A DNA stretch of 34,387 bases from Octopus bimaculoides (GCF_001194135.2 NC_068983.1:154054764-154089150), one strand, 5' to 3'. Shown: positions 10,121-22,742, counted from the first letter of the stretch. Notes: generated by a model not told the origin, from the sequence alone. Program-made: numbers and translations.

Positions 10121-10560
10121 GTGACATATGCGCATAAGTATAGATGCACACACACACGCAACACGCACGTATATATGTATACGTACTTGTCTACTTATGG
10201 TATTTATGTACGTACCATTGGTGAACTAAGTTGCAATGTCTAAATTTGAAGTGTTTGATGTATTTTGATTGTATTATAAATTTATTCATATACAGACATT
10301 TTTGTGCCTTTTATAAAATTTTGACAAATATTTCTTCTTTTAATTTTCGTTTATGTTATCTAATCTTTGTGCTCTGAAGTTTTATCACGGGTGGAATGGA
10401 AAGATATACCCGTCACACAATCAGAGATTTGTTTACTTTTGTTTTTTGGTATAGAATTTTACAGTTTGTTGAACATCAGGAATGAAAGAATTTCAAATTC
10501 TCTGTCTGTCTCCCTGAACTCATTCTCACTCTAAATTCCCCTCCTTATGTGTGTTTGATT

Positions 10561-10584
10561 GCCGCCATTTTGAATGACGTCATT
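10561..10584. promoter_or_regulatory. Adjacent YY1-type site and palindromic CRE
   Basis: GCCGCCATTTTG (reverse strand CAAAATGGCGGC, 10561-10572) immediately followed by the 12-bp palindrome AATGACGTCATT (10573-10584) containing TGACGTCA. The motif match is seen directly; function is inferred. Confidence 0.45.
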
Positions 10585-10772
10585 TATGTATGCCCTCTTT
10601 TTTCTTTCTTCAATGCCTATCATCAATATATCTATTATTGAATACGAGCCTGCAAACATGCGGTAGCCTACATATGTGCCTCCACCGAAAAACTATTCTT
10701 TCATTAATCTATACATCATGCAAATACGATATGCACAGCTATAAAATACAAGCACACACAAACACATATATG

Positions 10773-10806
<34 letters not shown>

Positions 10807-11666
10807 TGTATGTATATATCTATGTATCTAAGTATATATGTATGTATCTCTGTATGAAAGTGTGTATGTATGTATAAGCATGTTTTAACATATGCACATG
10901 TTCATACACATGCATCCATATATGTTTAAGTATGTATCAGTGTGAATAAGTGTATGTATAACTCCACATGCGTAGACACGCCAAGGTTGGGGATTCTCGA
11001 ATTAACGAAACGAAATTTTAATTAAAACTTTGATCGAAATGTTTGCAGGAAAAAAGGCAGAAAGCAATATAGGTAACAGCTAATAACAATAACAACAACA
11101 ACAAAAATATATCAGAATAAAGAAAAAGGAGGTAAATAAATATCATACAAATATCATACAAAAAATACGTCAATAGTGAAAAGAAAGGAGAGACAAACAA
11201 TAAATCGTATATAAGCAAACATTAAATAGATAAAATGGCCCTCTTTTAATTAAACAAAGATTTAAGTAACCGATTTCTATTGAGTCATGCATGTTGTTCA
11301 ACCGCTGAACATTTATACGCATGTGCACACAATACAATAGTAATGTCTGCATCTGAAACACTTCCCTCATGCAGTATAGCTGTGTATGTATATGTGCATG
11401 TTCCTGTGCGTGCGTGTGCATGTTTGTGTGCTGTATGATCGCTTTTGTGCAAGTACGTGCATGTATGTGTGCGTGTGTGTGTGCGTGCGTATGTGTGTGT
11501 GTGTGTGTGTGTCTGCGTGATGTGTGTGTGTTTGTGTGTGTGTAGATACACACATGGATCATTGTCTATTGTGTATTTAACTGTGTAAGCGTTCACTGGA
11601 TCAGTGGCATGATTGTCTCAGAATAGACCCATTCTAAATCTGTTGCTTAACACATACACATATTTG

Positions 11667-11714
<48 letters not shown>

Positions 11715-12387
11715 TTTATACACATACATGCATACATATGCAACTGTGTACATACACACACACCGACATACGCATACGCATAAATATGCATACTCAAATA
11801 TATGCATATACGTACATGTGTATTTGTTTATGTGAGTGTTTATAGATGTCTAGTGTACGTGCTTGAGACTTACCTATGTCACTATAAACATATTACATAC
11901 AAGCTTATAGCATAGTATTGTATTATCGACACATGTGAACATATAAGGGATGAATATATAAGATTACACATCTAAGATGTTGCTCATTCATCCAACTGCA
12001 TACATATATGGATATCTAGGTCTTTGTACTGACTTCAATCTCGCATTTATCTATATTCAAACAGACACTATGCTATGGATATTAGCCAATTTGATTAAAT
12101 ATGTTGCATATTCTTGAGAATGCGTCTCAATGTCAAGTTTTTCAATTTGTCTGGTCGTTACCATATTTCCTCCCGTTGGAAGTTACTGAGGATTTTATTA
12201 AAGGAGGAAGTATCGAATAATTCAATGTGTTTGGGCAAGAATGAATGGAATTATAGCGTTGCTATGGTAGGATTTTCGGCGATAGCTTGCTATCATTTTA
12301 GAGTGATCAATTCCCAGATTCGGAGAATATGTGAAAACAGATTGTAATAAATGGTGAAAATAAGTGAAGTATATCTGTACTTTCGAC

Positions 12388-12817
12388 ATGTAGGTGTTGC
12401 TGTGTATTAAGAAGTTTATTTCCACACCACATGGTTCTGGAGCAAGTATCATTAACTATACAGCTTCGGGCCGATCATAACCTTCTGAGTGCATTCACTA
12501 GAGAGGAAACTGAAGGGTGGCCTTCGTATATATGTATGTGTGTCTTTGTGTGTGTCTAAGTGTATGTGTGTGTGTAACTAAATGTCTTTGTGTATATGTA
12601 TCTTTGCGTACGTGTTTGTCCCCTACAACCACTTGAAATCCGCTGTTTCTGTGTTTGCATCCCCTTAACATAGTTGTCCGGGAAAAGTGACTGGTAGAGT
12701 AAGTACCAAGCTTAAAAGATAATAAATACTGGCGTTGATTCATTCAACTGAAAATTCTTTAAAGCGGTGCTCCATCATGGTTGTAGTTTAATGGCTGATA
12801 CAAATAAAAGATAAAAG
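12388..12817 (+). mobile_element. SINE group B, near full length, degenerate
   Basis: Head ATGTAGGTGTTGCTGTGTATTAAGAAG, body CTTCGGGCCGATCA...GGAAACTGAAG, internal (TG)n, tail GCGGTGCTCCATCATGG...AATAAAAGATAAAAG. Aligns with 8686 and 20341. Confidence 0.85.
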
Positions 12818-13041
12818 TTTATTTCACATCAGCTGGTTGATAATGCTTATGTAGTGATCAGGCAAGAGTAAATATGATGCTTTTATAAAATTCAAATTCT
12901 CGGTTTTTATTTCAAGCCTTAAAACGCTGCGATTACTTTAGTAGATTTACTTTGTCACCCTCAACTTAAATACTAAAATCATAAATGAGTTGTTTTCACT
13001 TTATTTAAGCACGATGATATACATTGATTAGCATTTTATCT

Positions 13042-13089
13042 CCCAGACCGATGTGGTTGAGAAGTAAGCTCCTTACCACACAGCCACGC
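13042..13089 (-). mobile_element. Isolated 5' head fragment of SINE group B
   Basis: The reverse strand reads GCGTGGCTGTGTGGTAAGGAGCTTACTTCTCAACCACATCGGTCTGGG. Confidence 0.75.
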
Positions 13090-13450
13090 TTGATAAGAAA
13101 GAAATATGAAGTTAATTGTTTAATTATCTTCCCTATTTGTCTATATAATATTTATTTAATTTGCTAATTATATATTACATCAAAGAATGGCATCAACAGA
13201 TAACTTCATCAGACATCATGGCGTAAGGAAATTGCGCATTGATCTGCATAGTGATAAACACACGCACACATAACTAGATTCACGCGCGTGTATGTGTATG
13301 TGTGTGTGTATATATACGTACATATATATATATATATATATACGTACATATATATATATATATAAAAGCAACAGTAACATCAGCCACACTTAAGTGGCAA
13401 TATACTACACTTTATCGTGCAGTTACTGTTAATACTTCATTTAGAGAATT

Positions 13451-13495
<45 letters not shown>

Positions 13496-15403
13496 ATATA
13501 TATATANNNNNNNNNNNNNNNNNNNNNNNNNNNNNNNNNNNNNNNNNNNNNNNNNNNNNNNNNNNNNNNNNNNNNNNNNNNNNNNNNNNNNNNNNNNNNN
13601 NNNNNNNNNNNNNNNNNNNNNTATATACACATATATATATATACATGTCTATATGTATGTATGTTTATTTGCGTGCGTGTATATGTATACATATACCCGA
13701 ACACATATATTCTTCTCAGACACTATCTACTTCAGTGAAGGTTGAACACAGCGTATATTTGAGAAATGCGGGGGAGTAAGAAGTAATGTAAGGAGACACG
13801 ACTACTTCAGAATCCATGGATGTGAGACAGTGAAACATCTTCAGATTAAGTATTTATCTGCTAAACTTTAATCTTACTAAAACAACTAACATATAGATGT
13901 GTATAACCTGATAAAGGAACCTTGGTTTTGTTTCAGTCTTAAATAAGGATATTAAAGTGCACACGAACTATAATTGCATGGTTAGCAACGAACAAAAGAC
14001 CAATGTTTTCGGGTAAATAGAAACATTTATGTAAAATTGGGATGTTATGTTTATGGTATACCCTTGGGGCTTTTTAGATTCTTTGGAGCTTTCAGTTAGA
14101 AAACGTTTGCCACACACATATATGACAAACTGGTTTTTGATTGTGTATCATTGTTTGTTATACACTCCTTCCTGTTACAGTAGGTTCGCTATCGTGTTCT
14201 TAACACTAATGTGTACTTCTGCCAAGCAGTCTCTAGACCGTGGCTGCAAGGCATTTCGATGTAGAGAATGGAAATAGATTGAACAGGGAACAGTATAAAT
14301 ACTGTTTGGTTGTTATATCTTTTAAATTCCATTTCCTCCATATTAACATCTAATTTCCCAAAGATTTAATGATCTTTTTACTAGAAAACGCTGAACTTGT
14401 AGAATCAAAATCCGCATTCCACTCGTTAATACATTGCCATGAATATATATNNNNNNNNNNNNNNNNNNNNNNNNNNNNNNNNNNNNNNNNNNNNNNNNNN
14501 NNNNNNNNNNNNNNNNNNNNNNNNNNNNNNNNNNNNNNNNNNNNNNNNNNNNNNNNNNNNNNNNNNNNNNNNNNNNNNNNNNNNNNNNNNNNNNNNNNNN
14601 NNNNNNNNNNNNNNNNNNNNNNNNNNNNNNNNNNNNNNNNNNNNNNNNNNNNNNNNNNNNNNNNNNNNNNNNNNNNNNNNNNNNNNNNNNNNNNNNNNNN
14701 NNNNNNNNNNNNNNNNNNNNNNNNNNNNNNNNNNNNNNNNNNNNNNNNNNNNNNNNNNNNNNNNNNNNNNNNNNNNNNNNNNNNNNNNNNNNNNNNNNNN
14801 NNNNNNNNNNNNNNNNNNNNNNNNNNNNNNNNNNNNNNNNNNNNNNNNNNNNNNNNNNNNNNNNNNNNNNNNNNNNNNNNNNNNNNNNNNNNNNNNNNNN
14901 NNNNNNNNNNNNNNNNNNNNNNNNNNNNNNNNNNNNNNNNNNNNNNNNNNNNNNNNNNNNNNNNNNNNNNNNNNNNNNNNNNNNNNNNNNNNNNNNNNNN
15001 NNNNNNNNNNNNNNNNNNNNNNNNNNNNNNNNNNNNNNNNNNNNNNNNNNNNNNNNNNNNNNNNNNNNNNNNNNNNNNNNNNNNNNNNNNNNNNNNNNNN
15101 NNNNNNNNNNNNNNNNNNNNNNNNNNNNNNNNNNNNNNNNNNNNNNNNNNNNNNNNNNNNATATATACATATATATGCGTACTCTGAGTAAGTTAAACGG
15201 TGATGAGTGAAAATATTGTAAATATAGTTACAAGCTTACACCGTGTACTGACAATACAAAATAGTCTGATATTAAGAAATATCAATCCCCGATGGAAAAG
15301 AATGGGTTTTAGTACGCATGAGAGTCGAACCTCTCCTCTTACCTTCGCGATAAATATGCTGACCGATTACACCAGCGCGTTCACATTTTTTGCTTAAATT
15401 CAG

Positions 15404-15488
15404 AATGGATGGATATAGGAAGTATAAAGGGAAATAAGAGAATATGTGCGTACGTACCTTCATATATATACACTTTCGCAAATACAGA
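15404..15488. repeat. 85-bp dispersed direct repeat, copy 2 (partner at 8417-8501)
   Basis: Ungapped 82/85 identity. Confidence 0.93.
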
Positions 15489-15758
15489 TTTACACCGCCA
15501 ATACCTTGAATCTTTATTAATGTTCTGTTAAAAATATTGTGGAGTCAACAAGGAGTACGGTTGGACATTTATTTTCTATCAGTACAATTTTTTTTCCGCG
15601 CAAAGTACTTCTCCAGGCGTGCAGGTACTTGATTATGCAACCGCTATGAAACTTTCTTTTATCCTCTCTTTCTTCAATATCTCCCAGTATCTCATCCTCT
15701 CTCACCCCTGCACCTTCTTTTCTAATTCGTTCCTTCCTTTCTAATTTGTTCCTCCATT

Positions 15759-15820
<62 letters not shown>

Positions 15821-16018
15821 CATTTATTAAAGGAGGTGTGGCTTTTGCTTCAGTGAAATGAGTTTAATTTTTATATAAAAATGCGAAGCAAACTTACTGT
15901 AAACCAAATTTTTGATAAATTCGATAACGGAAGAAAGCGCTAAAAAAATGTAAATAATATATATATATATAATCATCTAACATTCTGACTACCTTGTTAT
16001 TCTCTCTCTCTCTTTAAT

Positions 16019-16053
<35 letters not shown>

Positions 16054-16082
16054 GTGTGTGTATATATATGTATATCGTTCTG

Positions 16083-16146
<64 letters not shown>

Positions 16147-16156
16147 TATAGCCTGT

Positions 16157-16455
16157 GTGAGGACGTATGGCCTAGTGTCCTAGTGATAAGGAAGTGATAA
16201 GGCCTAGTGACCTAGTAATAAAGGATCAGGAGATCGTGGTTTATATTCCTAGGGCGGTCGTAGGGCGTAGCATTGAGCAACACCCTTCACATCACTTTGA
16301 TCCAGTTCCCTCAGACGTTCTATTCAGGTGGAATGTTGACCTGTCTGACCTGCATCATTGGCAAGATAAAGCAATGCGAAGCGCATTATGACCAATGCTG
16401 TATATCATCATCCGATATTCTGTTCGATACCTTGGGGTATAAACGGGGGCCTGCT
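16157..16455 (+). mobile_element. Degenerate tRNA-headed SINE (head group C) with a locally duplicated head
   Basis: GTGAGGACGTATGGCCTAGTG resembles the head at 26322 (GTGAGGGCGCATAGCCTACTGG). GGCCTAGTG(T/A)CCTAGT(G/A)ATAA occurs twice (about 16169 and 16201). The 3' boundary is approximate. Confidence 0.55.
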
Positions 16456-16638
16456 TTACTTTTAAGGACATTTAACATGAAAACCCTTCTATTCTTTTAA
16501 TTCCATACTTTTTACTGTTTTTCTTTATCCTTATTTGCCCATCCGATTCTTATAATGTGTTTGGAAGTAGAGCAGTAATGTGTATTTACATATGTACAGG
16601 TATGCATAGACATATAATCATGCATATATGTATATGTA

Positions 16639-16682
<44 letters not shown>

Positions 16683-17450
16683 CATATACACATAGATGGC
16701 CACGCACACACGCATATACATGTTATGTAACATGGCTTTTTTCCATATTGGATCTACTACATTATCCATCTTATGGAATAAATTATCCTTGTGCTTTGGA
16801 TTCCTCTTTAAGACATCTCATGTACTGTAAAACCATATTCGGAAAACATTTATCAAATTAGAATATTCTGATGCCACACAATAAGTTTGATTATGTAAAT
16901 AGTGAAGTGATCTCTGGAACGACATCTCAAATTTTCTCGCTGACGTGATCTGTAAGTTGGGCTCGTGATTGGCTCTTTATTAATCCCACTTACCACTCCA
17001 TTTTTATGCTTTTCAAATTTACATCTTTTTTCCTTGTGCACGCTTTTTTTTTTTACATAATTCATTATTCCAATTGTATACTCCAACAACTCCAACAACC
17101 ACAAGCACCCGATGAGAACAACGCCATGAACGTTTGTATTGTTACCTAAAATTCACTTAGTGCCCATTTTGAAACGGCTGTAACGCTCGACCACTTCCAT
17201 TGTTTTAATTTACTCACATAACTATCGCATACTCAGTAAGATTTGTTGCTTTCAGCATCTATCATCGGAATATTTTGTCTAATCTTTATACAGGACGAAG
17301 TGTATCAGATGCATTGATTAATGAAATTTATTGATCAATTATTGATTCATTTCTCTTTTCTATACAACATTGTTTATGCTAGATACTAAACAATTGCTTT
17401 TACCAAGATCGATTTATTTATCCTACTACATTATTATTATGTTATTATAA

Positions 17451-17657
17451 AGGTGTCAAGCTAGCACAATCGCTTGCACGCCGGGCAAAATGCTTAGTGG
17501 CATATGTCCGTGAATACGCTTTGAGTTCGAATTCCGCAGAGACCGACTTTGTATTTCACTCTTTTTCGGCCGATAAAATATGTATCAGTTGAAGACTGGA
17601 TGGGAGATTGCGAGTGAGTCCGTTCCTCTTCAAAGCTGCATGGGTTCCTGTTAGAAG
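17451..17657 (+). mobile_element. SINE group A, degenerate
   Basis: AGGTGTCAAGCTAGCACAATCGCTTGCACGCCGGGCAAAATGCTTAG...GAGTTCGAATTCCGCAGAGACCGACTTTG aligns to the other A copies. Confidence 0.82.
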
Positions 17658-18174
17658 TACTGTCTCCGTGCATGAGACAGTACATTTTTAGGGACGTTTT
17701 ACCACAAATTTCCAGACTATATGCTAATCAAGAATTTTTTTCCCCAAAAAATACTGACTATTATAATACAGATAAGGATGTGTGCCGAAGTGATGCTATA
17801 TATCCTCGAGTATAGTAACGTAAATACTGCTACTAATAGTGGGTTGCATTCACAAAGGCATAATAGTAGCGATTCAGCTTATCTTAGAAATAATAACTAT
17901 TTGAACAGTACTCACATGAATAAGAATGCTATTAGTGAAATGGTGAAACCTCAGCCAGGTTCGAAAAACAACAGGGATATGTTAAACCCTATAAATGGGA
18001 ATATGATTACATCTACGTTTAAGTATAAAAATAGACTCCAGGACGTCCCTCAGAAGCCGTACTGGGCATATTAATAGTCCAGAAGACATGCCTCCACACA
18101 ATAAAATTAGAAAGTCTCTATTTAAATGTGATAACTGTGAATCCATTGATATTCATCGTAGCTCCCATGAAAGC

Positions 18175-18848
18175 AGGGGAACGTGTATATTAATAATTAG
18201 CTGCTCCAACCCTAACAAAAATAGAACTTTTAGAAAAAATTACATAAGGCCAATATAATACGGTTTACCCTCTCCCTTCTGAAATTAATATAGTTTAAGC
18301 ATGTATGAAATTTTGGCTTTGGAAAAACATTTTCCGAAGCTTTATGGCTTTGGAAAAAAGACATTTTTACCCCCTTAGTAAGTATAGTAAAATCTTTAAT
18401 TAGCACACTCTGCCGTTTGAATCTCTTATTAGGCCTAACGTACCTCTTAACATTGTAATAACGATACTAATTTTTCCAATAGTAAACGTAAAAATGTAAC
18501 TGAATGAATCAAGATAAATTCCTTTTTAAAGAAATAATACCTTGGATGTAACATTTTATTAATGTTCTGTTAAAAACACTGTTACAGCTTCCAATTCAGA
18601 TTTAGACTACATAACCATATCCGAACATTTAACAATAAGAGAAAGCAGTGCCTGCGCCACTTGCTAAATGTATCTGAGATCTCAAAGACCGACTTTGGGC
18701 TATTCATTTTCCTGGTCAATCTTACAGTACTTTCGCATTAAGGGGTTGGAGTAGCCGCGACATGTTTTCTTTTAAAGTGTTTAAATTTCTCAGGTATAGG
18801 GTAGGTTTAATTAATAAGAGTAATTAGTTATTAATCCATTGTTTCCCC
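18175..18848 (-). mobile_element. Possible very old, internally deleted Tc1/mariner-type element
   Basis: Weak inverted ends (GGGGAAC..ATTAATAATTAGCTGCTC versus the reverse of 18805-18848; 14/18 in the core, all mismatches transitions). A minus-strand NLNTLKENMSRLLQPLNAKVL loosely recalls Tc1-like C-termini. Not established. Confidence 0.25.
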
Positions 18849-19726
18849 AAATTCAACAGACTTTTGGAGAAAATTCTGTTTAGCGAAAACATAATTATAA
18901 TGCAGTAATAAATAGCATTCAAATTCTTTGCGTTGCTTCAACTTTATCACAGATGATACAATTTGAAATTCACTCCAAATTTAAACAATTTTTTCTTCTA
19001 TAATTAATTATAATTAATCATTTATTTCTTAACTAATGACTTAATTTCAACTCTAACTGAACTAATAATAAGGAGCTACAATCATAATGTTGGTTTTTAG
19101 AGTTATTCTGTGTGCTTGTCCAAATCATTTCTATATCTCAAATTTCTCTTAATACTTTTACACGCATATTAATACTACTTCCAAGAATATAGTCGTAAAC
19201 TGTTCACTCTTTGCAAATATTCATCCTACCTCCTAGTCACTTTATTTCTGCACTAATATTTACATTTATACTTCCATCCATCTATACACTCATACACACA
19301 CACACACACACATATGTAAATGTACGTATGTATGTATGTATGCATGCATGTATGTATACTATTTATTTCTCATTTCCAAAATTAGTCGGCTACCGATCTA
19401 GTGACTAAAGATATACATAAGGAAAGCATGTAAGGTGACACTTTATCAATATATTACCTCTGCTTGAATATTTGCTCAGATAATGTGAAACATCGCAATT
19501 TAATTTATTACTATGACAGTATAAACCCACCCTTCTCACTACATTTATTCGACCAGTTCGGCTATGTAAGAGAGCAAATCATTGATGAATTGATGAAATA
19601 ACTGGTAAAAATTTTCTATTATGCTATAGACATAAATAAGGATATGTATATATATATATATGTGTGTGTGTGTGCGTGTGTCTGTGTGTCTGTGTGTGTG
19701 TACATGTATATGTTTGTGTATATTAC

Positions 19727-19765
<39 letters not shown>

Positions 19766-20081
19766 ATGTATATTTGTTCAATGTGTACTTATAACAAGGA
19801 AAAAAATAATAAATAGTTACCAAGGTACCACATAAGAGGCAAAGATATTACAGACTAATTAAAGGTAGAAATACTAGAGATAAGTGATATGTTTTTGCAT
19901 AACATAGATAAATTAAGAAATGGAGTCTAACGAAGATGTTATTCAAATCATTTATACTTCCAACGTATGTTTCGCAAAAAGCATTGTGATCGGAATAAAC
20001 CCAATGATTTTTTCGAAACATATTTTGGAACTATGATATGAATAACACATGCATGTGACTCCATTTCTTAATTCATTCACG

Positions 20082-20120
<39 letters not shown>

Positions 20121-20122
<2 letters not shown>

Positions 20123-20334
20123 GGGGCTAAACATAGAGGAAACAAACAAGGACAGATAAAGGAATTAAGTCGATTACATCGACCCCAGTACGTAACTGGT
20201 ACTTAATTTATTGACCCCGTAAGGATGAAAGGCAAAGTCGACCTCGGCGGAATTTGAACTCAGAACGCAACGCCAGACGAAATACCGCTAAACATTTCGC
20301 CCGGAACGCTAACGTTTCTGCCAGCTCGCCGTCC
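20121..20334 (-). mobile_element. SINE group A, near full length, with a (CA)n tract at its 3' end
   Basis: High similarity to 8857-9090 (GAAAGGCAAAGTCGACCTCGGCGGAATTTGAACTCAGAACG...GCTAACGTTTCTGCCAGCTCGCC). Confidence 0.92.
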
Positions 20335-20340
20335 TTTATA

Positions 20341-20800
20341 GGCGCAAGAGTGCCTGTGTGGTAAGAAGCTTGCTTCTTTATGTTTGTCTGTCCTTATTTG
20401 TCCCCTCTTTGTAATACTTTTAATGGCAAATTTCATGAAATAAAGAAGCTTGCTCCACAGCCGCATGGTATCGGGTTCAGTCCCACTGCGTAGCACCTTG
20501 GGCAAGTGACTTCTACATCTGAGAGGATTTGGTAGATAGAAACTGAAAAAAAGCCCGTCGTATACATATGTGTGAGTGTTTTTGTGTCTGTCTGTGTTTT
20601 TGTGTCTGTATTTGACCCCCATTACAGCTTGACAACCGGTGTCGGTGTATTTAAGTCCGCGTAACTTCGCAGTTCGACAAAATAGACCGATAGTATAAGT
20701 ACTATGCTTAAAAAATAAGTACTGGCAGCCGATTCATTCTACTAAATTCGAAGGTGGCGCCCCAGCAGGGCTGAAATAATTACACGACAAAAAATAAAAG
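20341..20800 (+). mobile_element. SINE group B, full length, interrupted near the head
   Basis: GGCGCAAGAGTGCCTGTGTGGTAAGAAGCTTGCT...GGGTTCAGTCCCACTGCGTAGCACCTTGGGCAAG...tail AAATAAAAGAT. Confidence 0.9.
20375..20442 (+). mobile_element. 5'-truncated group A SINE tail inserted in group B
   Basis: TTTGTCTGTCCTTATTTGTCCCCTCT...GAAATAA matches the A-group 3' region. It is flanked by the 12-bp duplication AAGAAGCTTGCT (20363-20374 and 20443-20454). Confidence 0.8.
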
Positions 20801-20878
20801 ATATATACAGCTCTATGTGTATGTATACATGTATATATATTCTGTTCATTAAAACCAATGGGTTCATCTGTTTATTAG

Positions 20879-20958
20879 AATCATTCTTTTTATATCTTCT
20901 TACTTGGATTACTTATAACCACACTTTTCCTCGCCGACTTGGTCCTCGGTAAAGATAT
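20879..20958 (+). CDS. Candidate exon encoding a hydrophobic signal-peptide or TM-like segment (NHSFYIFLLGLLITTLFLADLVLGKD), unverified
   Basis: Acceptor CATCTGTTTATTAG| at 20878 and consensus donor |GTAAGT at 20959. Only one frame is open. Confidence 0.3.
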
Positions 20959-21885
20959 GTAAGTACAAATCATTTGAGCGCTAGGAAGTGCTTATATATA
21001 CTGAAATTCTCTCGTTCTCACTTGTTGCTTCTGTGTTTGTAAGTGTTGAGTGTGTGTATGTGTATGTTTCTATGCATGCATGTGTTTTATGTGTATGTTG
21101 ATATATATATATACATAATCAGGTTGAAATATTCGTAATCATGCAACAGTGAAATAAATACAAACAGGATTCCACACGTGATTTCATCACCTTTTTAGAT
21201 ATTATAGTTTACCATTTAATCTCATTCCTCCATTTCCATTTATAGAAGGTAGATGCAGAATGGAAAGAACACTGAAGAGATATCATTTTCAGGAAGAAAA
21301 TTTGTATGAAGTCGCCAAGTATGAAAGGGAATGTGGCGAATGATTTCGGAATTATTGAGGAGACATAAGGAAAACAAAATTGCTTTAGCTATATTTGTTT
21401 AGCTACATATCCTTGTGGATGTGCATTTAAGGAAACAAAATTCAGTATGAAAGCGTGTAACATATTCCTAAATTTTAACATGTATGTGTTTACATTTACA
21501 CTTATATAGACACATAAATGAAAATATATGTGCACATATAAATATACAAACTATGCATTCAATGATATGTTTTCCTGTACACTTGCATTCATATATTATT
21601 ACGTACCTTCACGAACACACGTATATATATAGAAGTTTATATATACATATCTCCATCACGAACTTGTTGATGCCTAAATTCGAAAGAAAGAGCTTTGTTT
21701 CTGATTTAGAAACTGAATCATTCGTTGTGAGAAAAAAAAGAAAATTAAAAACACTGCGGATAAACATGCATACAAAAACATATGTGTAGGCAGAGTTGCA
21801 AACATTCCTACACAAATATATACATATCTCTACGCATACATAGATGCACATACATGCAAACATACATGTACATAGTCATATATGC

Positions 21886-21926
<41 letters not shown>

Positions 21927-22742
21927 NNNNNNNNNNNNNNNNNNNNNNNNNNNNNNNNNNNNNNNNNNNNNNNNNNNNNNNNNNNNNNNNNNNNNNNNNN
22001 NNNNNNNNNNNNNNNNNNNNNNNNNNNNNNNNNNNNNNNNNNNNNNNNNNNNNNNNNNNNNNNNNNNNNNNNNNNNNNNNNNNNNNNNNNNNNNNNNNNN
22101 NNNNNNNNNNNNNNNNNNNNNNNNNNNNNNNNNNNNNNNNNNNNNNNNNNNNNNNNNNNNNNNNNNNNNNNNNNNNNNNNNNNNNNNNNNNNNNNNNNNN
22201 NNNNNNNNNNNNNNNNNNNNNNNNNNNNNNNNNNNNNNNNNNNNNNNNNNNNNNNNNNNNNNNNNNNNNNNNNNNNNNNNNNNNNNNNNNNNNNNNNNNN
22301 NNNNNNNNNNNNNNNNNNNNNNNNNNNNNNNNNNNNNNNNNNNNNNNNNNNNNNNNNNNNNNNNNNNNNNNNNNNNNNNNNNNNNNNNNNNNNNNNNNNN
22401 NNNNNNNNNNNNNNNNNNNNNNNNNNNNNNNNNNNNNNNNNNNNNNNNNNNNNNNNNNNNNNNNNNNNNNNNNNNNNNNNNNNNNNNNNNNNNNNNNNNN
22501 NNNNNNNNNNNNNNNNNNNNNNNNNNNNNNNNNNNNNNNNNNNNNNNNNNNNNNNNNNNNNNNNNNNNNNNNNNNNNNNNNNNNNNNNNNNNNNNNNNNN
22601 NNNNNNNNNNNNNNNNNNNNNNNNNNNNNNNNNNNNNNNNNNNNNNNNNNNNNNNNNNNNNNNNNNNNNNNNNNNNNNNNNNNNNNNNNNNNNNNNNNNN
22701 NNNNNNNNNNNNNNNNNNNNNNNNNNNNNNNNNNNNNNNNNN

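Noticed and set aside
11873-11995. Minus-strand exon-like segment with donor ATAG|GTAAGT
   Set aside because: All three frames are closed and the acceptor is weak. It could be non-coding, but the sequence alone does not support it.
14178-14277. Acceptor plus RFAIVFLTLMCTSAKQSLDRGCKAFRCREWK*
   Set aside because: No recognisable homology, and no linked upstream exon could be justified.
21246-21343. Exon-like frame GRCRMERTLKRYHFQEENLYEVAKYERECGE* after a pyrimidine tract
   Set aside because: It is phase 1, incompatible with the phase-2 donor at 20959, and I recognise no homolog.
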